Source: Escherichia phage HansTraber_Bas100
Sequence record: PQ850605.1
DNA: 64,000 bases
Strand: one strand, 5' to 3'
Both the position numbers and the translations under genes were made by a program. Shown piece by piece: positions 1-9,023 of the stretch; positions within the stretch are counted from its first letter, which is position 1; every line of letters starts with the position of its first letter. The notes under the pieces are model-generated. The model had not been told where the DNA came from. It was given only the letters and a program-made list of their open reading frames with translations, and did no database searches.

Positions 1-1428
1 ATGTACCAGTTGAATCCTGCTTTAAAAGAAGTCTGGAAGACAAAAGCGCGATACAAAGTAATATACGGCGGTCGTGCATCTTCCAAATCGCACGATGCCG
101 CTGGTTTTGCTATTTATTTGGCGGCAAACTTCAAATTAAAATTCCTTTGCGTTCGACAATTCCAGAACAAGATTTCTGAATCTGTATATACTCTATTAAA
201 AGATAAAATAGAGATTTCTGATTTTAAAGATGAGTTCAATTTATTAAAGAACTCTATCGAGCATAAAAGAACTAAATCTGAATTTCTATTTTACGGTATC
301 GCACGTAACGTTGATGAAATTAAATCAACGGAAGGTGTTGATGTTCTTTGGCTGGAAGAAGCGCACGCACTTACTGAAGAACAGTGGGACATTATTGAGC
401 CGACAATCCGTAAAGAGGGGTCAGAAATATGGATCATCTTTAACCCTGATGAAGAGGCCGATTTCGTCTACCAAAACTTTGTTATGCGACCGCCGAAGAA
501 TGCCATAGTTAAAAAGATAAACTGGCAAGACAACCCATTCTTGTCGCAAACAATGCTGGATGTTATTGCAGGCATGTACGAGCGCGACCCGAAAAAGGCA
601 GAGCACGTTTATGGCGGTGTGCCGAAGACTGGCGGCGATAAATCTGTAATCAACCGTGCATTCGTTAAGGCCGCTCTTAATCTCCACAAACACCCTACGC
701 TGGGCTGGAGTTTGTCAGGGTCTAACCGTATAGGCTTTGACGTAGCGGACGATGGCGACGACCTTAACGCCACTGCATTCGTTACAGGAAACGTATTGCG
801 CGGCATCAAGACGTGGGAAGGTCTGGAAGATGAATTGTTGAAATCGGCAAGCGGAGTTTGGAAAGATGCGCTTACATTTGGCGCTTCTATAACTTATGAC
901 GCCATCGGTGTCGGCGCTTTTGCTGGTTCAAAATTTGATGAACTAAACGAGTATGCAATACATGAAAATCCATCATTTCCAAGAATCGAATTTAATGCGT
1001 TCAACGCGCAAGGGTCTGTTGATGATCCTGATGACGTTTTTCTTGAGCTACCACACGTTGAAATACTCAATAAAGACCATTTCGCGAACATAAAAGCGCA
1101 AAAGTGGACTGAAATTGCAGAGAGATTCAGAAAGACATACGAATATGCAACTGGGCAAGCCGTATATCCGACTGATGAATTGATTTCAATCGACACCGAT
1201 GGTATACCGGAACTTGGGATTCCAGCTTGGACTACTGAAGAGATTGAGACGTTTCTTTTTGAGATGTCAGCGCCGCGCAAAGATACGTCTGTTCTTGGCA
1301 AGTTCAAAGTTGAATCCAAAAAGGATATGGCAAAGCGTGGAGTCAAATCACCTAACAAAGCGGACGCAGCAATCATGGCATTGATGAAACCAATTGTTGC
1401 AGCATCCGGCTTCTTCTCTAACCTTTAA
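1..1428 (+). CDS. terL: terminase large subunit
   Basis: 475-aa ORF starting at window base 1; N-terminal Walker A-like GGRASSKS, Walker B-like VLWLEEAH, C-terminal nuclease-like region. Confidence 0.85.
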   Translation: MYQLNPALKEVWKTKARYKVIYGGRASSKSHDAAGFAIYLAANFKLKFLCVRQFQNKISESVYTLLKDKIEISDFKDEFNLLKNSIEHKRTKSEFLFYGIARNVDEIKSTEGVDVLWLEEAHALTEEQWDIIEPTIRKEGSEIWIIFNPDEEADFVYQNFVMRPPKNAIVKKINWQDNPFLSQTMLDVIAGMYERDPKKAEHVYGGVPKTGGDKSVINRAFVKAALNLHKHPTLGWSLSGSNRIGFDVADDGDDLNATAFVTGNVLRGIKTWEGLEDELLKSASGVWKDALTFGASITYDAIGVGAFAGSKFDELNEYAIHENPSFPRIEFNAFNAQGSVDDPDDVFLELPHVEILNKDHFANIKAQKWTEIAERFRKTYEYATGQAVYPTDELISIDTDGIPELGIPAWTTEEIETFLFEMSAPRKDTSVLGKFKVESKKDMAKRGVKSPNKADAAIMALMKPIVAASGFFSNL

Positions 1429-1431
1429 CAA

Positions 1432-1671
1432 TCAAAGCATTCCGTGCTGAAGGTCAAGCTTTCTTGCGGCAAACGACCTGGCACGGAATCGCTTACCCGC
1501 TCTCACCGCCTGCCGAATCTTCTTTTGCATACACTTACGGTCAAAATCGTTGCGGTCAACGGCTTCGAGTAAATCCCGACGCAAAGCACCTAGTGTCGCC
1601 TTTTCGGATAATTCTACGCCCAGCGCGGCTGCAACGTCTTTCAAAACATCGAGTTCGGTTAACGTTCTCAT
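1432..1671 (-). CDS. hypothetical protein (79 aa, basic C-terminus)
   Basis: ORF with AAGGGG RBS about 8 nt upstream of ATG; ATGA overlap with upstream gene; opposite strand to flanking structural genes. Confidence 0.45.
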   Translation of the reverse strand: MRTLTELDVLKDVAAALGVELSEKATLGALRRDLLEAVDRNDFDRKCMQKKIRQAVRAGKRFRARSFAARKLDLQHGML

Positions 1672-2084
1672 TTGATGATCCCCTTGATGTCTGATTCTGC
1701 CATAAAGATTGGAGTGCCGCCGCCGGGAACAATCGAGCGCGTTACTTTGTCGAACATATCGTTCTCTTCAACTTGAATACGATAAAATTTATTTTTGGAT
1801 GAAGATGGGCACAATCCAATAAATTTACCAATGCCGCGAACGCATTCATCTTCAAAGTATACTGTTTCACCTTGAATGGATTCGATGTTTTCAACCGGAT
1901 ACACCTTGCGACCTAAAAGCCACTCATCCATGGTCGCCTGCAACACGTTTCGCGCATCCAAAATCCAAGGGTCAACTGTGGCACCTTCATATCGCGCAGC
2001 AGTGGCTTTTGCCAGCTCTTCATATTCGCATACGTTTACCACTTCGCCTTGATGAAGGACGACAAATACAATTGTTGTGCTCAT
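1668..2084 (-). CDS. hypothetical protein (138 aa)
   Basis: ORF with strong AAAGGAGA RBS; antisense insertion between terL and portal. Confidence 0.5.
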   Translation of the reverse strand: MSTTIVFVVLHQGEVVNVCEYEELAKATAARYEGATVDPWILDARNVLQATMDEWLLGRKVYPVENIESIQGETVYFEDECVRGIGKFIGLCPSSSKNKFYRIQVEENDMFDKVTRSIVPGGGTPIFMAESDIKGIIK

Positions 2085-2179
2085 TTCAATCTCCTTTCGT
2101 TTGGTTAACTAAAATATAACTCAAAATGATACAAAAGCAAAATATTTTATGAACTATTTATGATTACTATACATATCAT

Positions 2180-2208
2180 TTGCTTACAAACACATGAATA
2201 TTTATAAT
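2180..2208 (+). promoter_or_regulatory. sigma70-like promoter (TTGCTT-17 bp-TATAAT) upstream of portal gene
   Basis: near-consensus -35/-10 hexamers with 17-bp spacer in an AT-rich intergenic region about 40 nt upstream of the portal ATG. Confidence 0.5.
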
Positions 2209-2246
2209 ATAGATTGATTCCCTTTCACTGTCAGGTGGCGTTAACA

Positions 2247-4622
2247 ATGAAAATTCTTGGCATAAAACTCTGGGAGAAGACGCAACCAGAAGCCGAACAA
2301 GCGGAGATGCCGCCGGGCGACCCATTGGCACCGTTTGAACGCCTGGAAAGGCGCGGCAGCGGTCAACGCTGGGATAAGACCGAAAGCAACCGCCCGACCT
2401 TTAAAACCGTTGATGACTTTCCTTTATATGAGCCTGATATCAACGGGGACGGTGTTGCAATCATCAAAGGTCGCTCAGTAGATTCAGCAACCGTATCCAA
2501 AAAAGTTATGGACAATGCTTTGAAGAACATCAGTTCAGAAGGGCAGGTTAATCCATACACAGTACCTATTCAGTTGCAAAACTGGTACTTATCGCAATCA
2601 TTTATCGGATATCAAGCTTGCGCCATCATCGCGCAGCACTGGCTGGTGAACAAGGCTTGTTCCATGGTAGGCCGCGATGCGGTCCGTAAAGGCTGGGAAG
2701 TCAAATCCAGTTCTGAGTCGGAATTGTCAGTACAGGCCAGCGAACGTCTAAAGCAAATTGATAAAGAATTTAATATCAAAGAGCACTTAGTTGAAGCCGA
2801 ACGATTCAAGAATATTTTTGGTATTCGCGTCATCATATTTGACGTGCGCAGCGATGACCCAGAATATTATAGCAAACCTTTTAACATCGATGGTGTGACA
2901 AAAGGGTCTTATAAGGGAATTATTCAGGTTGACCCTTATTGGATGATGCCATTCTTGACGTCTGAAAACACCGCCGACCCTGCATCACAGCACTTCTATG
3001 ATCCAGAATACTGGGTGATCAGCGGCCAGCGTTATCATCGCAGCCACCTAATCATCTTGCGCAACGATGAGCCAGCTGATATTCTTAAGCCGACTTATAT
3101 CTACGGCGGCATTCCTCTGACTCAGCAGATTTATGAACGCATCTATGCCGCTGAACGTACCGCTAACGAAGCGCCATTGCTGGCGATGTCAAAGCGTACA
3201 ACCACGCTTCGGACCGACGTTGACAAGGCGATTGCCAATGAGCGGTCGTTCGCCGAACGTCTGATGATGTGGATTAAGTACCGCGACAACTATGCAGTCA
3301 AAGTGCTTGGTCAGAAAGAAGAGATGGACCAGTTTGACATCAACTTGTCAGACTTCGACAGTATCATCATGAACCAGTACCAGCTGGTGGCCGCAATCGC
3401 AAAAGTTCCGTCGACAAAACTGTTAGGGACATCACCTAAAGGCTTTAACGCCACTGGTGAGTTCGAGATGGTCAGCTATCACGAAGAATTGGAAACTTGT
3501 CAACAGCACGATTTGACGAAGATTCTGGACCGTCACTATAAAATCCTTTTGAAATCTGAAGGTGTTGAAGTCGACGTTAAAGTGGCATGGGAGCCAGTTG
3601 GTTCACTTACTGCTACTCAGCTTGCAGAAATTAACGACAAACGAGCGAATACTGGCAAGACTCTCATTGATGCTGGCGTCATCTCCCCTGATGAAGAGCG
3701 TGACCGCATCAAAGACGACAAAAACAGTGGCTACAACCGTTTGCCAGAAGATACAGCAGAAGAAACCCCAGGGATGTCTCCAGAGAACATGGCGTTGCTT
3801 GGCAAGTCTGCTGGTGAAGTGCTGCAAGGTAAGGCCGATATTGAACAGGCTAAGGCTGATGTTGTCAAGATGGGCGGCCAGTTCTATAGCGAGACTGGTA
3901 TCATGCCGGAAGGTGCCGCGCGTGGTGAGTTGGCAGAAAACCCTGACAGGGCACCAGTTGAGATTAACATGGATGATACCGATGACGAATCAAGCCATCA
4001 CGTCGATGTCCTAACGCAACTGAAAGAAGGTCTGGAGGGTATTGCTGACTATTACCTTAAAGAAGGTCAGGATGTGGATTTTGACCCTCAAAAAGATGCA
4101 AGGTCGGTGCAACCGTCTACGCTTCCAAGCGTAAAAGGAAATGTCGTAAACTTGCGACACAATGTAGGGAAGATGGATGCCGCATCGCTGCCTAAGATGA
4201 AGTTGCACGGGATGATTCTTGGTATTGAGAATCCTCGCAACAGCATTCGCAGGGGCAACAGCCTTGATGGTGAATGGGCAGTTAAGATGCCGCACCATTA
4301 CGGATTTATCAAAGGCACCAAGGGTGCTGATGGTGATGAAGTCGACTGCTTTGTTGGGCCAAATATGAAGTCGCCTAAAGTATTCATCATTAACCAAAAT
4401 GATAATTATTCTGGCGAATTTGATGAACACAAGTGCATGCTTGGATTTGATTCAGCAGAAGAAGCGAAAGAAGCTTATCAAGCATCATTTGGTAACGGTT
4501 GGAACGGATTCGACTCAATTCACGAATTGGATGTAAACTCATTCAAGGAGTGGTTGAAGGGTGATTGCTCTCAAGCATATGGAGCACTCAATAATCCTAC
4601 TAATTCACCGAAGCAAGGTTGA
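2247..4622 (+). CDS. portal protein with extra C-terminal domain (about 170 aa)
   Basis: 791-aa ORF right after terL-side cassette and before MuF-like gene; AGGTGG RBS; ATG at 2247 preferred over track TTG at 2214; unusually long for a portal. Confidence 0.7.
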   Translation: MKILGIKLWEKTQPEAEQAEMPPGDPLAPFERLERRGSGQRWDKTESNRPTFKTVDDFPLYEPDINGDGVAIIKGRSVDSATVSKKVMDNALKNISSEGQVNPYTVPIQLQNWYLSQSFIGYQACAIIAQHWLVNKACSMVGRDAVRKGWEVKSSSESELSVQASERLKQIDKEFNIKEHLVEAERFKNIFGIRVIIFDVRSDDPEYYSKPFNIDGVTKGSYKGIIQVDPYWMMPFLTSENTADPASQHFYDPEYWVISGQRYHRSHLIILRNDEPADILKPTYIYGGIPLTQQIYERIYAAERTANEAPLLAMSKRTTTLRTDVDKAIANERSFAERLMMWIKYRDNYAVKVLGQKEEMDQFDINLSDFDSIIMNQYQLVAAIAKVPSTKLLGTSPKGFNATGEFEMVSYHEELETCQQHDLTKILDRHYKILLKSEGVEVDVKVAWEPVGSLTATQLAEINDKRANTGKTLIDAGVISPDEERDRIKDDKNSGYNRLPEDTAEETPGMSPENMALLGKSAGEVLQGKADIEQAKADVVKMGGQFYSETGIMPEGAARGELAENPDRAPVEINMDDTDDESSHHVDVLTQLKEGLEGIADYYLKEGQDVDFDPQKDARSVQPSTLPSVKGNVVNLRHNVGKMDAASLPKMKLHGMILGIENPRNSIRRGNSLDGEWAVKMPHHYGFIKGTKGADGDEVDCFVGPNMKSPKVFIINQNDNYSGEFDEHKCMLGFDSAEEAKEAYQASFGNGWNGFDSIHELDVNSFKEWLKGDCSQAYGALNNPTNSPKQG

Positions 4623-4623
4623 T

Positions 4624-5475
4624 ATGGCTTTTAAAGCTTCGAAAAAACGTGAACGCCGCTCACCCGATAGAATCGGGCGCGGCAGTCCGATAATCCCATC
4701 CAATGCTATTGCGATGGCCTATCGTCGTGAGATGAAAGGTCTTTGCTATGCGATGATTGACGACTATCAAGCAGGAATTGCTGAGTGGCTTGAAAAGAAG
4801 CAGGTTAAAAAGTTCTTTGCGCAAGACTCTGCTGATTCAACTTTTCAGACCTTGATGAAGCGACTGCAACTGAAATGGGCAAAAGCTTTCGCCCGTGTCG
4901 GGTCAAAGATTGCCGCAGATTTCATCAAGTCAGTTGAAAAGGGTGCCACTTCTGCTACATTTGCAAGTCTTAAATCTGCAGGAATAGAAGCGCCAAAAGC
5001 CACATATAATAAATTCGTTGAGAACACTCTTAAAACAAGCGAGACGTTCAACACGACTTTAGTGACTAAGGTTGGCGAAGATATTCACAACAGGGTGTAC
5101 GAAGCGGTGATGCTTTCGCTTACTTCGCCAGACCCAGCGCAACAAGGCACGTCCGGCATTCAGGCGGCATTAAGGAATGTAAAACACTTCTCTGCAAAAC
5201 GCGTAGACCTTATCGCAAAAGACCAAACGAGCAAACTTTATTGCGTATTAAGTGATGAAAGGATGCGACAGAATGGCGTTGAGGAATTTGAGTGGGCGCA
5301 TTCAGGAGCAGGAAAAGAGCCGCGAATATCGCATGAGCACGTCGACGGAATGAGATTTAAACTTGATGACAAGCGCCTATGGGAAGTTGGCGGCGAATTG
5401 AAGTTCAAAAAGGGTGACATCGGTCCTCCTGGATGGGCGATACACTGCAAGTGCAGAAAAATACCAATTATCTGA
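4624..5475 (+). CDS. head morphogenesis protein (MuF / SPP1 gp7-like)
   Basis: ATG 2 nt after portal stop; C-terminal motifs SHEHVDG and GPPGWAIHCKCR typical of MuF-like minor head proteins. Confidence 0.7.
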   Translation: MAFKASKKRERRSPDRIGRGSPIIPSNAIAMAYRREMKGLCYAMIDDYQAGIAEWLEKKQVKKFFAQDSADSTFQTLMKRLQLKWAKAFARVGSKIAADFIKSVEKGATSATFASLKSAGIEAPKATYNKFVENTLKTSETFNTTLVTKVGEDIHNRVYEAVMLSLTSPDPAQQGTSGIQAALRNVKHFSAKRVDLIAKDQTSKLYCVLSDERMRQNGVEEFEWAHSGAGKEPRISHEHVDGMRFKLDDKRLWEVGGELKFKKGDIGPPGWAIHCKCRKIPII

Positions 5476-5482
5476 GGTCATT

Positions 5483-6403
5483 ATGACGATACCAATCAAC
5501 ACATTCCCTCTATCTGGACAAACTCCAGTCTTGCCTGCGGTGTATGCTAATGGCTTGGCAATTGTCTCAGAATTCACTTCTGATAAAAACTTGATTGTTC
5601 CACTGAGCCCGCCGCTTGCATCAGGGTATAACTCAGTAGGTCAATTCTTTATGATTGGCAATGATGGCGATTCGACCAGCAAGCCTAATCTGACGTTGTC
5701 TGTGCCTAAGATGAACATCACAGACGTTCAAACTGGCTTGACTGCATCTACAATCACCATTGCTTTTGGAGAAGCAGTGATTATAGGGATGGAGTCTGGA
5801 GGGTCCAAGAATGCTGTCGCCGTTAAGGTAGTAAAATCCAGCGACAACCAATACACTTTACCAGCTGCGACGGCTTCCGTTCTCGGCGGCGTCAAAATAG
5901 GAAGCGGAATAAGCGTCGCAGGTGACGGTACAATTAGCGTCACTCAATACTCATTGCCGATTGCGTCAGCATCTACTTTAGGCGGCGTAAAGGTCGGTAC
6001 AACTCTATCAATTGATGGTTCTGGTATGCTTAATGTAGCGCCAAGCACCGTCCAGAATGCTACTAATAGTGTCAGCAATCCTCCAACTACTCTGGTCAAT
6101 CTGGCGACCTTAAACCTTCCTGCAGGGAAATGGCTTGTAACAGCAAGTCAGTTGACTGTCGCGACAGCAGGAATTCAAGCGAATACCGGAATTACAGTCA
6201 AATTGTCAACAAGCGATTCAGATATTACGGATGATGCATTTACAATGTCAGCTGGCATTCGGGCTGCAGGTCGTTTCGGCGGCAATATTCCAACAAAGAT
6301 AATTACTCTTGCCGCGCCTGGCGATGTATGTCTAAACTATCAGTGCACCGATGCGTTGACATCTACCGTTTACGGACAGATCACCGCAATTAAGCTGAAC
6401 TAA
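5483..6403 (+). CDS. virion fibre-like protein with tail-fibre-type repeats
   Basis: GAGG RBS; Ser/Thr/Gly-rich; repeated ATASVLGGVKIGSGISV / ASASTLGGVKVGTTLSI motifs resembling phage tail fibre repeat. Confidence 0.5.
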   Translation: MTIPINTFPLSGQTPVLPAVYANGLAIVSEFTSDKNLIVPLSPPLASGYNSVGQFFMIGNDGDSTSKPNLTLSVPKMNITDVQTGLTASTITIAFGEAVIIGMESGGSKNAVAVKVVKSSDNQYTLPAATASVLGGVKIGSGISVAGDGTISVTQYSLPIASASTLGGVKVGTTLSIDGSGMLNVAPSTVQNATNSVSNPPTTLVNLATLNLPAGKWLVTASQLTVATAGIQANTGITVKLSTSDSDITDDAFTMSAGIRAAGRFGGNIPTKIITLAAPGDVCLNYQCTDALTSTVYGQITAIKLN

Positions 6404-6413
6404 AGAGGAAGTT

Positions 6414-6551
6414 ATGCAAAAGATTATTCAGTCACGTTATGTTAAAGTGCGAAATATTAATTGCAACTCTTTGCTTTCTTGGAAATGGGCTGTTTATGAC
6501 TCAATGCTGATTGGCGTTTTAGTTGCAGGAGTGCTATTTAATATTCACTGA
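6414..6551 (+). CDS. small hydrophobic protein (45 aa), not in ORF track
   Basis: AGAGGAAG RBS 5 nt before ATG; C-terminal hydrophobic stretch SMLIGVLVAGVLF; translated by hand. Confidence 0.3.
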   Translation: MQKIIQSRYVKVRNINCNSLLSWKWAVYDSMLIGVLVAGVLFNIH

Positions 6552-6580
6552 ATTCATCGGCAAAGGATTGCCGCGAGTTT

Positions 6581-6860
6581 TATACGTATAATGACGTATC
6601 ATACGTATCAAGTAAGTTATTGTTTTCAAAAGAATCTTACGGATGATACGGATGATACGCGTTGCCGCCGTACTATATAGGAATTCAAATAAATTAATTT
6701 AAAATTATATATCTAATTTAATTTTATTTTTTTTATAAACTCTTATATATGAAAAGTATCCGTATCATCCGTATCATCCGTAGCACACCAGTGATAGCGC
6801 GGCTTATACACCGATACGGATAAAAATACGCCTCATTTTATCCGTATCATCCGTATCACA
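6581..6860. repeat. iteron-like inverted repeats flanking an AT-rich core (element R1)
   Basis: CTTACGGATGATACGGATGATACG at about 6636-6659 and its reverse complement at about 6756-6783, further ACGTATCA / GATACGGATA copies, about 80-bp AT-rich core with TATATAGGAATTC. Confidence 0.65.
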
Positions 6861-6967
6861 CTAATAAAGGCGCGGCTATATCGGTTGTTATACATATTCA
6901 AACCATAATTATTGTTTGCCTAAGTTTTTTTCATTAGATATAATACACAATACTTATTTGAGGGTGG

Positions 6968-8389
6968 ATGCGAATGCAAACGGCACGCGAAATTGACAAA
7001 AATGGATTCTTGACGATTATGGGTTGTCCAATTTCGTCATTTGGCATTTTTGATTATTCTGCTGGTCAAGTTGGTCTTGATGGTGATCCGAATCGCATCG
7101 TAAAAGTCTATCGCCCTGAGTCAGCGGTGAAAGACCCCGAAGCGATAGATTCATTCAAAAATATCCCTTTCATCGACAATCACGAAATGCTTTCTGGATT
7201 TGAAGGTGATGAGGATAACACAGCACCCGAAGAGTATGGAGTTGATGGCGTTCTGACTGGCAATGTTTATTATGACAAGCCATGGATGCGCGGCGACCTT
7301 AAAGTGTTCAGCCGTCGTCTGAAGAAGGCCATTGATTCTGGAAAGGTTGACTTGTCTTTGGGCTATGACTGTGAATTCATCATACAGTCTGGAGAGTTTG
7401 ACGGGCAGCCGTATGAAGTGGTGCAGACAACTCTTCGCGGCAACCACATTGCTCTCGTGGACGTTGGTCGAGTACCAGGTGCACGGGTGCTGGATGGTCG
7501 TTGCTTTGACCATCTTTGTTTGACGACTGTAACACCATCCAACGAGGATTTAGACATGCCAAAACCGTTAAAAGGTAAAGCGCGTGATAATGCTGTTGAA
7601 CAGCTGAAATCACTGATCCCTGCGCTCGAACAATTTCTGAACGAAGAGAGTACTGAAGCTGCTCATCAGGATGAAGTTGAAGTGAAAGCAGAAGAGAAGG
7701 ACTCAACCGAAAATCGTGAAGAAGTAATGGTTGATCCAGAAGTCAAGGCAGAAGCAGAAGAAACCCCAGAAGGTGAAGAGAAGTTTGAAGTTGAAACTGA
7801 ATCTCACGCTGGCGGCGAACTTCCGCAATTGATCAGCCAAATCGAAGCACTTATTGCAAAACTGAAAGGTGGCGCGGTAGGTGATGAAGAAGAAGTTGAA
7901 GCCGAAGTCAAAGACGAAGAAGAAGTTGAAGTCAAGGCTGAAGATGTATCACCTTGCGACAAAGCTGAAGATGTGGTTAGCGGCCTGCAAAACAGCAACG
8001 TAAAGGGGGCTTCGGTCGAAAAAGATGACAAACCGACAAAAGCGGCGAAAGCGTCGCCAGGTCCAGCAAAAGGGGAACACTCAATGGCATCTGATTCAGC
8101 AGTTGCTGCTTTCTACGCTGATTCTGCTCGTAAGAATAGCCTCTACCAGCGCCTGTCTAAAGTTGTTGGTGCCTTTGATCATGCAACTATGGACTCCAAG
8201 TCCGTAGCGAAATATGGCGCTAAAAAGTTAGGCTTGAAGTGCGTTGATGGGGCTGAGTTTGACGTGGTGGATAATTATCTGCGCGGCGTTGAGCACGGTC
8301 AAAAACAGCGTGTAGTCGCAAAACAAAAGGCCGCTGCGGATTCTGCAGCAACTGACGAAGCATTTGAAGCTTGGTTGAAAGGGGAATAA
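6968..8389 (+). CDS. scaffold/prohead-like protein with acidic E/V/K-rich C-terminal half
   Basis: position between head-fibre gene and capsid gene; low-complexity acidic repeats (EEEVEAEVKDEEEVEVKAED); start may be ATG 6974. Confidence 0.5.
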   Translation: MRMQTAREIDKNGFLTIMGCPISSFGIFDYSAGQVGLDGDPNRIVKVYRPESAVKDPEAIDSFKNIPFIDNHEMLSGFEGDEDNTAPEEYGVDGVLTGNVYYDKPWMRGDLKVFSRRLKKAIDSGKVDLSLGYDCEFIIQSGEFDGQPYEVVQTTLRGNHIALVDVGRVPGARVLDGRCFDHLCLTTVTPSNEDLDMPKPLKGKARDNAVEQLKSLIPALEQFLNEESTEAAHQDEVEVKAEEKDSTENREEVMVDPEVKAEAEETPEGEEKFEVETESHAGGELPQLISQIEALIAKLKGGAVGDEEEVEAEVKDEEEVEVKAEDVSPCDKAEDVVSGLQNSNVKGASVEKDDKPTKAAKASPGPAKGEHSMASDSAVAAFYADSARKNSLYQRLSKVVGAFDHATMDSKSVAKYGAKKLGLKCVDGAEFDVVDNYLRGVEHGQKQRVVAKQKAAADSAATDEAFEAWLKGE

Positions 8390-8391
8390 AC

Positions 8392-9009
8392 ATGACTTTC
8401 CAAACTAGTGTAGGCCGTCAATATACAACTGGCTTTCCTGGCGACATCGTTCGCGACGGCCCACAGCGTGGGAAGCCAGGCCGAATCGTTAGCGCCAACG
8501 ACGGTGCAAACGTAAACGCCATCAGCCGTGTGTTTGGTTTTAAGGCTGACGTGTCATTAATGGGTACTGGCCAGACCAAAACCTTGGGCGCGCAGGACTT
8601 TGAAGTTGAACTGGGCGGCACCAATTACTATGGCATCCTTGGCAACAGCAAGCGTTACGCTCTGTATGGCAACTCTACTGGTCCTTTGGGTGCCAGCATG
8701 GTTCTGCCTCAATATAGCGAAGGCGAGTTCTATGATATGTGCACGGGCCTCGTAGTTGAAGTATTCAACCCAAGCACCAGTCCGCAGACGCTGAACTACG
8801 GCGACCTGCTCGCTTATGTACCTAAAGGCATTTCCAGCGGTAACAACCCGAACAACTTGCCTATCGGTGCAATTATCGCCTATACTGGCTCACTGCCAAC
8901 TGGCATGGTTGCCATTCCAGGCGGTATCGTGATTGACCCGACTGCTATTGCCCTTTCCGGCCCAAGCGTCCAGTCTTCCACTTATACCATTGTACAATTG
9001 ACTCGTTAA
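8392..9009 (+). CDS. hypothetical head-module protein
   Basis: AAGGGG RBS; ATG 8392 preferred over track start 8371; sits directly upstream of capsid gene. Confidence 0.5.
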   Translation: MTFQTSVGRQYTTGFPGDIVRDGPQRGKPGRIVSANDGANVNAISRVFGFKADVSLMGTGQTKTLGAQDFEVELGGTNYYGILGNSKRYALYGNSTGPLGASMVLPQYSEGEFYDMCTGLVVEVFNPSTSPQTLNYGDLLAYVPKGISSGNNPNNLPIGAIIAYTGSLPTGMVAIPGGIVIDPTAIALSGPSVQSSTYTIVQLTR

Positions 9010-9023
9010 TAGGCAGGTGAATA

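Noticed and set aside
2214-2246. Track N-terminal extensions of the portal and several other genes (also 4561, 5414, 8371, 12121, 21310, 26029, 54960, 59209, 61465, 63323)
   Set aside because: The upstream starts are TTG/GTG or lack an RBS and often overlap promoters or hairpins; internal ATG codons with good RBS were preferred.
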